Both the position numbers and the translations under genes were made by a program. The notes under the pieces were generated by a model. It made no database searches. It worked only from the letters and a program-made list of their open reading frames with translations, and was not told the DNA's origin. A DNA stretch of 64,000 bases from Scyliorhinus canicula (Eukaryota), in the NCBI RefSeq assembly GCF_902713615.1, contig NC_052161.1, positions 127,680,678 to 127,744,677 of the forward strand, in the 5' to 3' direction. Positions 12,431 through 24,529 of this stretch are shown here, piece by piece. Each line of letters opens with the position of its first letter. Within the stretch, counting starts at the first letter, position 1.

Positions 12431-13435
12431 NNNNNNNNNNNNNNNNNNNNNNNNNNNNNNNNNNNNNNNNNNNNNNNNNNNNNNNNNNNNNNNNNNNNNN
12501 NNNNNNNNNNNNNNNNNNNNNNNNNNNNNNNNNNNNNNNNNNNNNNNNNNNNNNNNNNNNNNNNNNNNNNNNNNNNNNNNNNNNNNNNNCAGACACACAC
12601 ACACCCTCACATACACACACACACACACTCACCCTCACATACACACTCTCACACACACACACACAGACACATACACACCCTCACATACACACGCACAAAA
12701 CACACACGCACACGCAGACACACACACACCCTCACATACACACACACACACTCANNNNNNNNNNNNNNNNNNNNNNNNNNNNNNNNNNNNNNNNNNNNNN
12801 NNNNNNNNNNNNNNNNNNNNNNNNNNNNNNNNNNNNNNNNNNNNNNNNNNNNNNNNNNNNNNNNNNNNNNNNNNNNNNNNNNNNNNNNNNNNNNNNNNNN
12901 NNNNNNNNNNNNNNNNNNNNNNNNNNNNNNNNNNNNNNNNNNNNNNNNNNNNNNNNNNNNNNNNNNNNNNNNNNNNNNNNNNNNNNNNNNNNNNNNNNNN
13001 NNNNNNNNNNNNNNNNNNNNNNNNNNNNNNNNNNNNNNNNNNNNNNNNNNNNNNNNNNNNNNNNNNNNNNNNNNNNNNNNNNNNNNNNNNNNNNNNNNNN
13101 NNNNNNNNNNNNNNNNNNNNNNNNNNNNNNNNNNNNNNNNNNNNNNNNNNNNNNNNNNNNNNNNNNNNNNNNNNNNAAACACACACACATACAGACACAC
13201 TCACACCCACACCCCTCACTTGTAGACGTACACTCACACAAACATACACACACTCATATCCACGCAGGCACAAATTCACACAAAAACGCATTCTCGTACA
13301 CACACACAGACACATTCACTCACACACGCATACACACACTCTCACACACACACACACACATGCAGACACCTACATCCCTCGCGTGCAGACACACTCACAC
13401 AAACATACACAAACTCACACCCACACATACTCACT
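12431..13435. repeat. CA-rich low-complexity region with N gaps (12431-12589, 12755-13176)
   Basis: Seen directly. Confidence 0.9.
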
Positions 13436-13444
13436 GAGATACAG

Positions 13445-14264
13445 TGAGTTGGCAGTGATATTGTTACTGGGCTGGTGACCCAGAGGCCCAGGTAATGCTC
13501 TGGGGACCCAGGTTTGAATCCCCCCACGGAAGACGGTGGAAATTTAATCCAATAATATATTGGATTTCCTGGAATTAAAGTCTAATGATGACCATGAAAC
13601 TATTGTCGAGTGCCACAAAAACCCAGATGGTTCAAGAATGTACTTTTGGAGAAGGAAATCTGCAGTCCTCACCTGGTCTGGCCTACATGTGACTACAGAT
13701 CCACAGCAATGTGGTTGACTCTTAAATGGTCTAGAAAATCACTCAGTTGTATCAATTCGCTACAACGTCAATAAAAAAGTAACAAACTGGACAGACCGCC
13801 CGGCCTCGATCTGGGCACAGACTCGGTCAAGGCTGACGTAGTCTTTCTTGCTGAATCATACCGGAGAATGTCCCACCATCACCATCCATGGGTATATCCT
13901 GTCCCACTGGCAGGACATACCCAGCAGAGGTGGCGGCACAGTGGTATACAGTCAGGAGGGAGTTCCCCTCAACATTGACTCCAGACCCCATGAAGTCTCA
14001 TGGCTTCAGGTCAAACGTGGGCGAGGAAACCTCCTGCTGATTACCACGTACCGTCCACCCTCAGCTGATGAACCAGTACTCCTCCATGTTGAACAGAGTG
14101 GCATGGGCACAGAATGTACTCTGGGTGGGGGACTTCAATGTCCCATCACCATGAGTGGCTCGGTAGCGCCACTAGTGACCGAACTGGTTGAGTCCTAAAG
14201 GACATAACTGCCAGACTGGGCAGGTGGTGAGGGAACCAGCAAGAGGGAAAAACATACTGGCCGC

Positions 14265-14305
<41 letters not shown>

Positions 14306-15070
14306 CCCCCCCCCCACGCCGGGTGGGAGAATCGCGGGGGCGCCGGGCGAGTCCCGCCACGCCACCCCGGCACCCGCACGCGATTCTCCCACCCCCCCAC
14401 AAACCAGTGCGCCGAGATTTACGGCTGGCCGCTGGGAGAATCGCCGCTCGTCGTTTGTAGCGGGCGAGCGGCGATTCTCCGGCCCGGATGGGCCGAGCGG
14501 CCTGCCCAACACGACATGTTCATGCCGGCGCCGACCACACCGAGCACCAGGGGGGTGGCGCTCAAAAGGGGTCTGGCCCGCGATCAGTGCCCACCAATCG
14601 GCGGGTCGGCCTCTCTGAAGAGATGCACTCCTTTCCTCTGCCACCCCGCAAGGTCACTCTGACATTACTTGCGGGGCGCCCGCGGGGAGGACGGCATGGA
14701 CGGGTTGGCGCCGGCCAACCTGCGCAAGCGCGAGTGACATCATTTACATGGCACTGACCGCGTAATTTACGCAGTGCTGCTTTTATGCGGCGCCAAGGCC
14801 TGGCGCGCGTAATTGACGTGGCGCCGCTTCTAGCCCCCCGGGGGTGGGAGAATAGGAGGCGAGGAGCGGCTTCCAACACCGGAGTGAAACATTCCGGTTT
14901 TCACTCCAGCGTCGGCACTTAGTCTTCCGTTGGGAGAATCCCGCCCACTAGACCTCATCCTCACCAACCTGCCTGCTGCAGGTGCATCTGTCCATGACAG
15001 TATCGGTAGGAGTGACCACCTCATGGTTCTTGTGGAGATGAAGTCCCGTCTCCACATTGAAGATACTCGC
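13445..15070 (+). mobile_element. CR1/L2-group LINE relic: tRNA-like 5' head plus degenerate APE endonuclease domain, interrupted by a MITE at 14259-14946
   Basis: Peptides ITIHGYILSHWQDIPSRGGGTVVY, TYRPPS, VGDFNV, ARGKNIL|DLILTN and SDH are APE endonuclease motifs; frameshifted. Confidence 0.85.
14259..14946. mobile_element. PIF/Harbinger-like MITE (~690 bp)
   Basis: TIRs ggccgcaattctc / gagaatcccgccc; 3 bp TSD ACT (14256-14258, 14947-14949); removing it restores the LINE reading frame NIL-DLIL. Confidence 0.85.
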
Positions 15071-15071
15071 A

Positions 15072-15272
15072 GAGCAGCACGGTGCAGTGGTTAGCACTGC
15101 TGCCTCACTGTGCTGAGGACCCAGGTACGATCCCAGCCCCGGGTCACTGTCCATGTGGAGTTTGCACATTCTCCCCATGTCTGCATGGGCCTCACCCCCA
15201 CAATCCCAAAAATATGTGCAGATAGGTGGATTGACCATGCTAAATTGCCCCTTAATTGGGAAAGAAAAAAAA
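15072..15272 (+). mobile_element. HE1-like V-SINE, short subfamily
   Basis: Head, V-domain, A tail; sits at the LINE deletion junction. Confidence 0.9.
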
Positions 15273-15274
15273 AT

Positions 15275-15410
15275 CTTCTCCCTCCCTAATAGGTGCCTAC
15301 ACCTCATGGACATGAAGCGGTTCAAGAAGACAGCTCACCACCACCTTCTCAAGTGCAATTAGGGATGGGCAATAAACGGTGGCCTAACCAGCGAATCCCA
15401 CAAAAATTAG
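15275..15410 (+). mobile_element. 3' terminus of the same LINE family as 13445-15070
   Basis: cggttcaagaagacagctcaccaccaccttctcaagtgcaattagggatgggcaataaa tail. Confidence 0.7.
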
Positions 15411-15424
15411 TTTTTTTTAAAAAC

Positions 15425-15650
15425 ACACACGGTGGTGCAGTGGTTAGCACTGCTGCCTCACAACGCTGAGGCCCCGGGTTCGATCCATGCCCCAGGTCAC
15501 TGTCTGTGTGGAGTTTGCACATTCTCCCCCTGTCTGCGTGGGTTTCACCCCCACAACCCAAAGATGTGCAGGTTAGGTGGATTGGCCATGCTAAATTGCC
15601 CCTTAATTGGAAAACAATAATTGTATACACTAAATTTATTTATTTTTAAA
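15425..15650 (+). mobile_element. HE1-like V-SINE, short subfamily
   Basis: Head, V-domain, tail. Confidence 0.9.
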
Positions 15651-15796
15651 CACACACAGATGTTCACACACACATGCACATGTAAACACACACATGTACA
15701 CATATGCTCACAGGCATGTAGACAAATATTCTGTCACATGCACACACACAAGCACATTCACACATTGACACACACATACATGCACCATGCACACAA

Positions 15797-15910
15797 TACC
15801 AGCCTCCCTGAACAGGCGCCGGAATGTGGCGACTAGGGGCTTTTCACAGTAACTTAATTTGAAGCCTAGTTGTGACAATAAGCGATTTTCAATTTTTCAT
15901 TTCATTTTAC
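15797..15910 (+). mobile_element. tRNA-headed SINE family C, 5'-truncated
   Basis: caggcgccggaatgtggcgactaggggcttttcacagtaacttc core and (TTTCA)n tail. Confidence 0.8.
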
Positions 15911-16756
15911 ATTCACATACACAGATTCACATACATGCGCACATTCACATGTGCCCACTCACATGCGCACACACATGCGCACACTCACACATGCATACCT
16001 ATTAATCAATGTCCAATATAGTCAATATCCTCACCTAGTGATCAATATCCAATGTGATCAATATCCTCACCTATTGATCAATATCCAATGTGATTAATAT
16101 CTTCACCTATTGATCAATATCCAATATGATCAATATCCTCAACTATTGATCAGTATCCAATGTGATCAATATTCTTACCTATTGATCAATATCCAATGTG
16201 ATCAATACCCTCACCTATTGATTAATATCCAATGTGATCAATATCCTCACATATTGATCAATATCCAATGTGATCAATATCTTCACCTATTGATCAATAT
16301 CCAATGTGATCCATATCCTCAACTATTGATCAATATACAATGTGATCGATATTCTCACCTATTGATCAATATCCAATGTGATCAATATCTTCAACCATTG
16401 ATCAATATCCAATGTAATCAATATTCTCACCTAGTGATCAATATCCAATGTGACCAATATCCTCACCTATTGATCAATATCAGTTGTGATCATAGTCTCA
16501 CCTATTGATCAATATCCAATGTGATCAATATCCCCATGTATTGATCAATATCCAATGTGATCAATATCCCCACCTATTAATCAATATATAATGTAATCAA
16601 TATCCTCACCTATTGATCAATATCCAATGTGATCAATACCCTCACCTATTGATCAGCATCCAATATGACCAATGTCCTCAACAATTGATTAATATCCAAA
16701 GTGATCAATATCCTCACTTATTGATCAATATCCAATGTGATCAATATCCTCACCTA

Positions 16757-16939
16757 TTTTTTTTAAAGTTAGAGTGCCCAACTCATTTTTTTCCAATTAA
16801 GGGGCAATTTAGCGTGGCCAGTCCACCTACCCTGCACGTCTTTGGGTTGTGGGGGCGAATCCCACGCAAATATGGGGAGAATGTGCAAACTCCACACGGA
16901 CAGTGACCCGGGGCCGTGAGCGAACCTAGCACCTCGGCG
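16757..16939 (-). mobile_element. HE1-like V-SINE, short subfamily, 5'-truncated
   Basis: Reverse-complemented V-domain and tail. Confidence 0.88.
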
Positions 16940-17374
16940 AATATTCTCACCTATTGATCAATATCCAACATGATCAATATCCTCACCTATTGATCAATAT
17001 CCAATGTGATTAATATCTTCACCTATTGATCAATATCCAATATGATCAATATCCTCAACTATTGATCAATATCCAATGTGATCAATATTCTTACCTATTG
17101 ATCAATATCCAATGTGATCAATACCCTCACCTATTGATCAATATCCAATGTGATCAATATCCTCACATATTGATCAATATCCAATGTGATCAATATCTTC
17201 ACCTATTGATCAATATCCAATGTGATCAATATCCTCAACTATTGATCAATATCCAATGTGACCAATATCCTCACCTATTGATCAATATCAGTTGTGATCA
17301 TAGTCTCACCTATTGATCAATATCCAATGTGATCAATATCCTCACCTATTGATCAATATCCAATGTGATCAATA

Positions 17375-17710
17375 TAGAACATAGAACAGTACAGCACAGA
17401 ACAGAACAGGCCCTTCGGCCCTCGATGTTGTGCCGAGCAATGATCACTCTACTTAAACCCACGTGACCCGTATACCCGTAACCCAACAATCCCCCCATTA
17501 ACCTTACACTACGGGCAATTTAGCATGGCCAATCCACCTAACCCGCACATCTTTGGACTGTGGGAGGAAACCGGAGCACCCGGAGGAAACCCACGCACGC
17601 ACGGGGAGGACGTGCTGACTCCACACAGACAGTGACCCAGCCGGGAATCGAACCTGGGACCCTGGAGCTGTGAAGCATTGATGCTAACCACCATGCTACC
17701 GTGAGGCCCC
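17375..17710 (-). mobile_element. HE1-like V-SINE, long form with alternative CR1-type tail
   Basis: Complete V-domain (ctccgggtgctccggtttcctcccacagtcc); tail gagggccgaagggcctgttctg...tactgttctatgttctat. Confidence 0.88.
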
Positions 17711-18865
17711 TACCTCACCTATCCTCACCTATTGATCAATATCCAATATGATCAATATCCTCACCTATTGATCAATGTCCAATGTGATCAATATCCTCAC
17801 ATATTGATCAATATCCAATGTGATCAATAACCTCACCTATTTCTTCAGGTGCTTTCAGCCTCTGCCTGGGCCTTGTAGAAGTTAATTAAAGAGTTGAGGC
17901 TGAAGCTATTCGACTTCCAGTTCGCTAGTATTAAAATAATCCACATATCAATCAGCATTAAAAAAAATTCCATCTTAAATTATCCAACTGAAAAGCTATT
18001 ACACCTCACAGTGATAGTCCACTCGTAAAATTAACACAGATTCAAATTACAGCTGAAAGCACTGCACTATGTTAACCAGGTTTTAAATCATCCTGCAATT
18101 ACAAGGTCAAAATTACATTCAATCCTTTAATAAATAATTTTAATTCTTTTTTGAAAAGTCAGAAATCTTTCCCTTGGCTATTTCTCCTCCATTATAGTTT
18201 GCGTCTCTACTCCCTGATCTCTCTCTCTCTCTGTCTTTGCTCCCTCGCTCTCTGTCTCTGCCACACACACCCCCCCCCTCCTTCGCGATGGTTCCTGCAT
18301 GATCTGCCTCTCTCTCTCTCTCTCTCTGCACACCCACATCCAACCGTCTCGGCGACTCAACATTGTCAACTCTCTCACTACCCCACATTCTCATTCATAC
18401 TCTTTCTGACACTTTCTTTCTCTCCATCCAGTCCCGTTCTCCCTCCTCTGTCTCGCCCTGGAGCAGTTTTTTTCTCTCGGTTTCTTTCTCTGTCATATTT
18501 TTTATTCTCACCGCGCCCCCCCCCTCCCCCCCACCCTCCTCCCCCAACCCCGCCGCCTGGCATGTGCTGTCTCCCTTTACTCCACACTGTAGTCCCGGCA
18601 GAGATGGAAGAGTCGCCAAGCTTGTTACAGCTCAGGGTTTCACACTGCCAGTGTCTCTCTGCTGACTGACACAGTTTCTATCTTTCTCCACTCCATTACC
18701 CCTCAGTTAAACGTAGCTGTCAGCGAGGAGTCCCTGAAGGGGTAGATTATTCTAAACACCATACCGCGCCGAGACGCTGATCCATTGATTTCCAAGCAAA
18801 ACCAAACCAGACAAGTCCAGAGGCTGCTCCTGCTATTCAATATCAGATCACTAATGAAAGGAGAG

Positions 18866-19047
18866 CCGCTGGTTTAGCTCACTGGGCTAAATCGCTGGCT
18901 TTTAAAGCAGACCAAGGCAGGCCAGCAGCAGGTTTGATTCCCGTACCAGCCTCCCCGGACAGGCGCCGGAATGTGGCGACTAGGGGCTTTTCACAGTAAC
19001 TTCATTGAAGCCTACTCGTGACAATAAGCGATTTTCATTTCATTTCC
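18866..19047 (+). mobile_element. tRNA-headed SINE family C
   Basis: gctggtttagctcactgg head, B box ggtttgattccc, (TTTCA)n tail. Confidence 0.85.
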
Positions 19048-19209
19048 ATAATGTCCCATAGAATGAGGAAGATTCCAGAGTGCTGCTGTCTGCAGTAAGG
19101 ATTACACATCCAAAATTAACTCCTTTAACCCACCAAACAGGGGGTTCCGTTGCGGATCAGATCCCCGCTCCCTGCCCAGATCGCCAGGTCCAACTTCCTC
19201 CAACTCAAT

Positions 19210-20278
19210 GGGTGCGATTAAATGGAAAAGGAAACACGGCCGGATTCTCCATCGGGACGCCGCCGGAATCGCGCACCGAGATTGGGCAGAGAATCTTGCG
19301 TGAGCCGAAGATTGAGGTCGGCACCGGGCGTCCAACGGAATGCCATGCTCCAGTGTCCCGAAGTGAATGCGCTCTACGCCACGTGCTGCTGTGGGCATGG
19401 CAAATTGTACAGCGAAGGCCATTGGCTTATCATTAACAGGGCTGACCTGGCATTCCCAGGGCCTCACGCGATGCTCCATCTCCACCAGGAGAATTTACTG
19501 ACGGTTCGCTTGTGGTATTTAAAATAGGGACACAGGCACCACGGCTGCTGAGGGTGAGAGAGGAGGTAGGACATGTTCCCAAAGGTGCAACCGTGGACTG
19601 CCGATCCTGTCGCTGGCTGGGAGGGGCGCCAGCCAGGGTGGTGGAGGAGTAGCGGGAGATGACCAGGGGATGGGGCGGGGTGTCCCCCCCAGGCTGCAAT
19701 TGCAAGGCAACCGGGTGCCACCCTGACTGTGGGGCATCACGGGACCCATCCAAGGAGGATACCCATAGTACACACCACAGGAGGGCGAAGGACAGGGGCC
19801 GCAGAGCATACTGGTGGCATAGGCAGCAGCAGCCAGTGGCACCCCTGCCGGCAGGGACAGGTGCCAGAGTTAGAGTGGCCAAGATGCCAGGCACCACTGG
19901 GTCCAGGGAGACGCATGGAGAGGATGGGGGGGGGAAACATTTGGGGGAAGGGCTGCAATGCAGGCCGGGGCCACCGGGCAGCCTAGGTGGACCTGGTTGG
20001 GCATGGAGGTAACCGCCATGTTAACATGTCTGCCTTCCAACCCCTGCAGACAACGGAATTCAACCAGGAGTGGTCTGCAGCTGCCTGGCCGTCACAGGCC
20101 TGGAGGCCGCCATGCGGCTGTATGAGCTGGAGCTGCTCAGGGAGGGCCCTGCAGAAGCGGAGCCTGCCCCGGAGGAATGGGATCCAGCCGGAGAGGATGT
20201 ACAGCCGGCCTCCCAACAGGCCGAGGAGGAGGTGGCAAGGAGGCGACACGTCAGGCCACATGTGTACCGGCAGCACAT
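19210..20278 (+). mobile_element. 5' part of a PIF/Harbinger DNA transposon including the N-terminus of a HARBI1-like transposase, truncated
   Basis: TIR-like start (gggtgcgatt / ggccggattctcc); acceptor ccaacccctgcag at ~20048; peptide AAMRLYELELL...QQAEEEVARRRHVRPHVYRQH resembles the RxRVYR N-terminal motif recalled from Harbinger transposases. Confidence 0.55.
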
Positions 20279-20590
20279 TCAGATACTCATACATGGACAC
20301 AAGGGCCCTCACACGGATACACAAGCACACACGCAGACACACAACCGCACACTCAGATACTCATACGCGGACACACAGGCGCACACGCAACACATACACA
20401 CACTCAGATACTCACAATGGGCATACAGACACACAAGTACACACGCACACAAACACACACATAGGCATATTCATACATATTGACACACAAACACACTAAG
20501 ACACACACACACACACTCATAGACACGGGGATATACACAGACACAAATGCATGTGGAAAAATGCACATTCACAATCATGACACAAATTAT
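20279..20590. repeat. CA-rich cryptic repeat
   Basis: Seen directly. Confidence 0.75.
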
Positions 20591-20726
20591 GTTCCTCACC
20601 ATGATTGTCAATCTCCCTTCGAAAAACCACAAAAGATGACCTTTCAAAGAGTGCAATACAATAGCAATTAGTGTTCTGGAGAGTGGCACCAAACACACTG
20701 GTGGGTCAGAGAGGTCAGAGTCAAGA

Positions 20727-20978
20727 GCGGCACAGTGGCGCGGTGCTTAGCACTGCTGCCTCACGCCGCTGAGGACCCGGGTTCGATCCCAGTCCCAGGT
20801 CACTGTCCGTATGGAGTTTCCACATCTTCCCAATGCCTGTACGGGTCTCCCCCCCCCCCCTCCCCCCCCCCCCCCCCCCACAACCCAAAAAAATGTGCAG
20901 GGTAGGTGGTTTGGCCATGCTAAATTGCCCCTTAATTGGAAAAAAATAATAATTGGGTAATCTACGGTTTTTTAAAAA
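20727..20978 (+). mobile_element. HE1-like V-SINE, short subfamily, with internal poly(C) expansion
   Basis: Head and tail intact; ~30 nt C-rich run at 20848-20879. Confidence 0.88.
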
Positions 20979-20989
20979 GAGAAGAAGAA

Positions 20990-21995
20990 GTGAGAATCGA
21001 TGCCCCTACAACCCCGCCTCCCAGCCCAGGTCTCAGGACAAAGCAGGTCACCAGCACCAATACCACCCCCCAAAAGGGCAACAGAGGTTGTGTGACCAAG
21101 GCCCAAGAGGAATATACCTTTGTCCCAGCCACAAAGAGGGGGGAAACCCACACCAGGATAGGAGGGCTTTCAGAGCGCCCCCCCCAAACTGGGAGTGCCG
21201 GGCCAGAGGTAGTGATCAGGATAAAAACCACTCCACTGGCGCACAAAGAAAATGGACATCCAGGGGCAAGTAGGATCTAAATGGAAAGCATTCTTCAGGA
21301 TCTTCCAAGGATTTCAACAATCGGAGCACGAGCTTCATTACCTCCAGCCTGCCGACTCGACCGGACCCAGGCGGTCAACAACCTAGGCTCCCGTAGTGGG
21401 GGACAGCCCAGCTGGCCCAGCCACCTCCTCTCGGACAACACCAGGAAGAGGACCACACAGAACCAGAGGTTGGAAAGCCCACCCCAGGTTTCGAAGACCG
21501 GATTAAACGTACCCCCATCGAAGTTGAGCTGCCCTCCCCCCAGATCGAGATTCCCGAAATGTGGCCGCCAGTTCTCAAAGTCGGCCGGGAACCTCTCCAC
21601 CATCTCACTGGAGACACCAGGCTCGGCACCGGCACTGCCTTGTGCCCCTCCAAACAGCTCAGGATGGACGATCGGCCATGCAACAGGACCCCAACCGTGC
21701 GTAGGCGGTCTTCCACAAGACAACGCTCTCTCCATCACAAAACCTCCTCATCCGCGTCCACTGCCTCCATAAAGACACTTACAGCCTCTTGTCTTGACTC
21801 AGTAAAGCTGAAACATTGACAAATAACGTTTGGTACATTGCACTCACCACGCAGACCAAGAAAAGACATAATTGACGTGGACAAAATAAAGATTGAGAGA
21901 TGAGCAGAGTCAGAGCTCGCCAAAACGCAGCCGCTCCCGTGCTCACATCATGCGATCCCCACCCCTCAGCACCGTTTTTAAAGGTGGGCACTAGT
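20990..21995 (-). mobile_element. Possible degenerate L1/Tx1-type LINE 5' UTR/ORF1 relic
   Basis: Weak: ADFENWRPHFGNL resembles L1 ORF1 DLENRSRRNNL; ARAPIVE resembles PRPIIV. Confidence 0.3.
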
Positions 21996-22054
21996 TATCT
22001 GACTCTCCAAACCCACTGCCCAGCAATCGCTCCAGTCCCTTTGCCTTGTGTCCA

Positions 22055-22450
22055 GCTGGTGATGTACTTTTGAGGTGTAATTGCTGTTGTTCTGTAGTTA
22101 ACCCTGCAGCCAATTTGCACAGCCAGATCCCACACAAACACACTGTGATAACTGATAAAAGCTCATGGATTTTATTCCCCATTCTTTTATTTAAATAAAT
22201 TTAGAGCACCCAATTCTTTTTTCCAATTAAGGGGCAATTTAGCATGGCCAATCCACCTAGCCTACACATCTTTGGGTTGTGGGGGTGAAACCCACGCAAA
22301 CACGGGGAGAATATGCAAACTCCACACAGACAGTGACCCAGGGCCGGGATCGAACCCGGGTCCTCGACGCCGTGAGGTGGCAGTGCTAACCACTGCGCCA
22401 CCGTGCCGCCATTCCTGTTTGGAGAATAAATATTGGCCAGAGTCCAGGCT
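22055..22450 (-). mobile_element. Deu-domain SINE (SacSINE1/AmnSINE1-like) fragment interrupted by a V-SINE
   Basis: Reverse complement of tttgtgtgggatctggctgtgcaaattggctgc and ctggccaatatttat. Confidence 0.7.
22185..22410 (-). mobile_element. HE1-like V-SINE, short subfamily
   Basis: Full length, reverse strand. Confidence 0.9.
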
Positions 22451-23074
22451 TTTTGGGCACTAGCTGGCAGGACTGTGCAATTGGCCTCAGCTTCACTGGG
22501 CACAAGATATCTCCGGAGACCGGGTTTACAAAAATGGCCACCAACTTTGCCCTGTTGGGTACTGCTTGTGAGGTGGGGTCTCCAGACAAAGGCCAACACG
22601 TGGAGAGTGTCCACACGAGCCATTCCTCCCAGTGTCTGTCGAACAGGAGTTTGGTGCCTTAACTCTGGAGACCAAAGCAAAGGACGAAATCTGGGAAACG
22701 GCAATCCCACAGACAGACAGTGAAGCAGCAGCAAGTTGGTTCTTCACTGACACGTGTCCTGGGCTTGTTGGCCATTGGGCCGCTTGGGGTAGAACAAAGT
22801 TACCGGCGAGCTCCCTTCCTGGAAATGCTGTGTAATTTTCCACAGCTTGGGTTAGACACAGAACAAATATTTGTCATTTGTTTTTCCCCCGGAGGATTTC
22901 TCGCTCGTATGGAAAGTTATTCTAAGCACAAGCCACACTGAGGTCAGCCGACCCAGAAGGCCACGATGCTCAGAGATGGGTCGGTGCCAAGACGAGGAGC
23001 TTCACTTTATTCAAGATGGCAGTTTCCATCTCTAAAGCAGCATTAGTGAACCAGATATGTTTTTAGGAAAAGTA

Positions 23075-23305
23075 AGGGGGCTGATGTAGCTCAGTTGGCT
23101 GGACAAGTGGCTCATAGTGCAGAGTAAGGCCAGAGCAGTGCAGGTTCAATTCCCGTACCGGCTGAGGTTTTTCATAAAAACCCTGCCTTCTCAAACTTGC
23201 CCCACTCGCCTGAGGTGTGGTGATCCTGAAGTTAAATCACCACCGGTCATCTCTCCCCCTCAAAAGGGCAAGCGGCCTATGGTCATTCGGGACTATGGGG
23301 GCCTT
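23075..23305 (+). mobile_element. tRNA-headed SINE family D
   Basis: gtagctcagttgg A box, ggttcaattccc B box, body cctgaggtgtggtgatcc...ccccctcaaaaggg; second copy at 33390-33835 on minus strand. Confidence 0.75.
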
Positions 23306-23359
23306 TTTACTCATTATCTCGGCATCTTCTTCATCTGTCATCCTTAACAAGGGGGAGGG

Positions 23360-23905
23360 GGAAGACAGTGGGATAGTGGTCATCTGACATTAGAATTCCT
23401 AATGTCAGAAATAGAAATAGAAAATCGCTTATTGTCACGAGTAGGCTTCAATGAAGTTACTGTGAAAAGCCCCTAGTCGCCACATTCCGGCACCTGTCCA
23501 GGGAGGCTGGTACAGGAATCAAACCGTGCTGCTGGCCTGCTTGGTCTGCTTTAAAAGCCAGCGATTTAGCTCAGTGAGCTAAACCAGCCCTTACATATTA
23601 GACACTAGAATTCCTGAGGCCTAAACTAATGCGCTGGAGGACATGGGTTCAAATCCCACCACGACAGCTGGTGGAATTTAAATTCAATTTAAATTCAATT
23701 AATAAATAAAAATAAATAGAAAGCTAGCCTGAGTAATGGTGACTGTGACAACTATCAGTGATCGTTGTAATAAAACCCATCCTTTTAGGGAAGGAAATCT
23801 GCCATCCTTACCTGGTCTGGCCTACATGGATAACTCTGAAATGGTCCAGCAAGCCACTCAGTTCAATGGGAATTTAGGCATGGGTTACAAATGCCACATC
23901 CAGCT
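23360..23905 (+). mobile_element. SINE sharing head and tail with the LINE at 13445, interrupted by a family C SINE
   Basis: gggttcaaatccc B box, tttagggaaggaaatctgccatccttacctggtctggcctacatg core, aatttaggcatggg tail. Confidence 0.75.
23407..23591 (-). mobile_element. tRNA-headed SINE family C
   Basis: Full-length reverse copy. Confidence 0.85.
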
Positions 23906-23994
23906 AAAGAACAGAAAAATAGAATGGAAGCGTCACAGGTCAGCATCACCTTGGTCTCGATTCACCTGCCCGTTGCTCAGGGTCACCAGACAGC

Positions 23995-24110
23995 AGAACA
24001 GTTCTGAAGAAAAGACATCGACCTCAAATGCTTGTTCTGTTCGTTTTTCTCTCCACAGAGACTGCCTGACCCGCTGGAGTGTTTCCAGAATTTTCTACGT
24101 TTATTTCAGC
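23995..24110 (+). mobile_element. Penelope-like terminal repeat remnant
   Basis: cagttctgaaga...ctctccacagagactgcctgacccgctggagtgtttccagaattttct...atttcag resembles recalled fish/shark PLE termini; similar relics near 12110-12250 and 54685-54810. Confidence 0.45.
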
Positions 24111-24231
24111 AGCGATCTTGTTCGATCTCTATCACCAGAATGGAGATTTTTGAGCCCCAAGTTCAAAATGAATATTACCAGGGCCAAACTTGGGAATGAA
24201 CAAAAGAAGCAGAAAAGAATAATGTTACAAT

Positions 24232-24467
24232 TATTTATTTATGTATTTTTATAAATTTAGAGTACCCAAATTATTTTTCCAATTAAGGGGCAATTTAACG
24301 TGGCCAATCCATCTACCCTGCACATCTTTGGGTTGTGGGGGTGAAACCCACGCAGACACGGGGAGAATGTGCAAACTCCACATGGACAGCGACCCAGAGC
24401 CGGGATCGAACCTGGGACCTCAGCGCCGTGAGGCTGCAATGCTGCCCAGTGCGCCACCGTGCTGCCC
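24232..24467 (-). mobile_element. HE1-like V-SINE, short subfamily
   Basis: 15 bp TSD aatgttacaattatt / aacgttacaattatt. Confidence 0.93.
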
Positions 24468-24529
24468 TCAACGTTACAATTATTATTGGATAAATCTCAG
24501 TCAGCCCACCTGCTACCAGGGCAACTGCT

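Larger units (their letters stand above)
16000..17841. repeat. 36 bp minisatellite (ATTGATCAATATCCAATGTGATCAATATCCTCACCT) with two SINE insertions
   Basis: Tandem units made of two TGATCAATATCC half-repeats. Confidence 0.93.

Noticed and set aside
12431-13176. ORFs spanning N runs (also 40556, 41711, 42704)
   Set aside because: Assembly gaps or masked sequence beside CA/TG tracts; no information.
22411-22450. LANIYSPN resembling an L1 endonuclease motif
   Set aside because: It is the Deu-SINE segment ctggccaatatttat read in frame.
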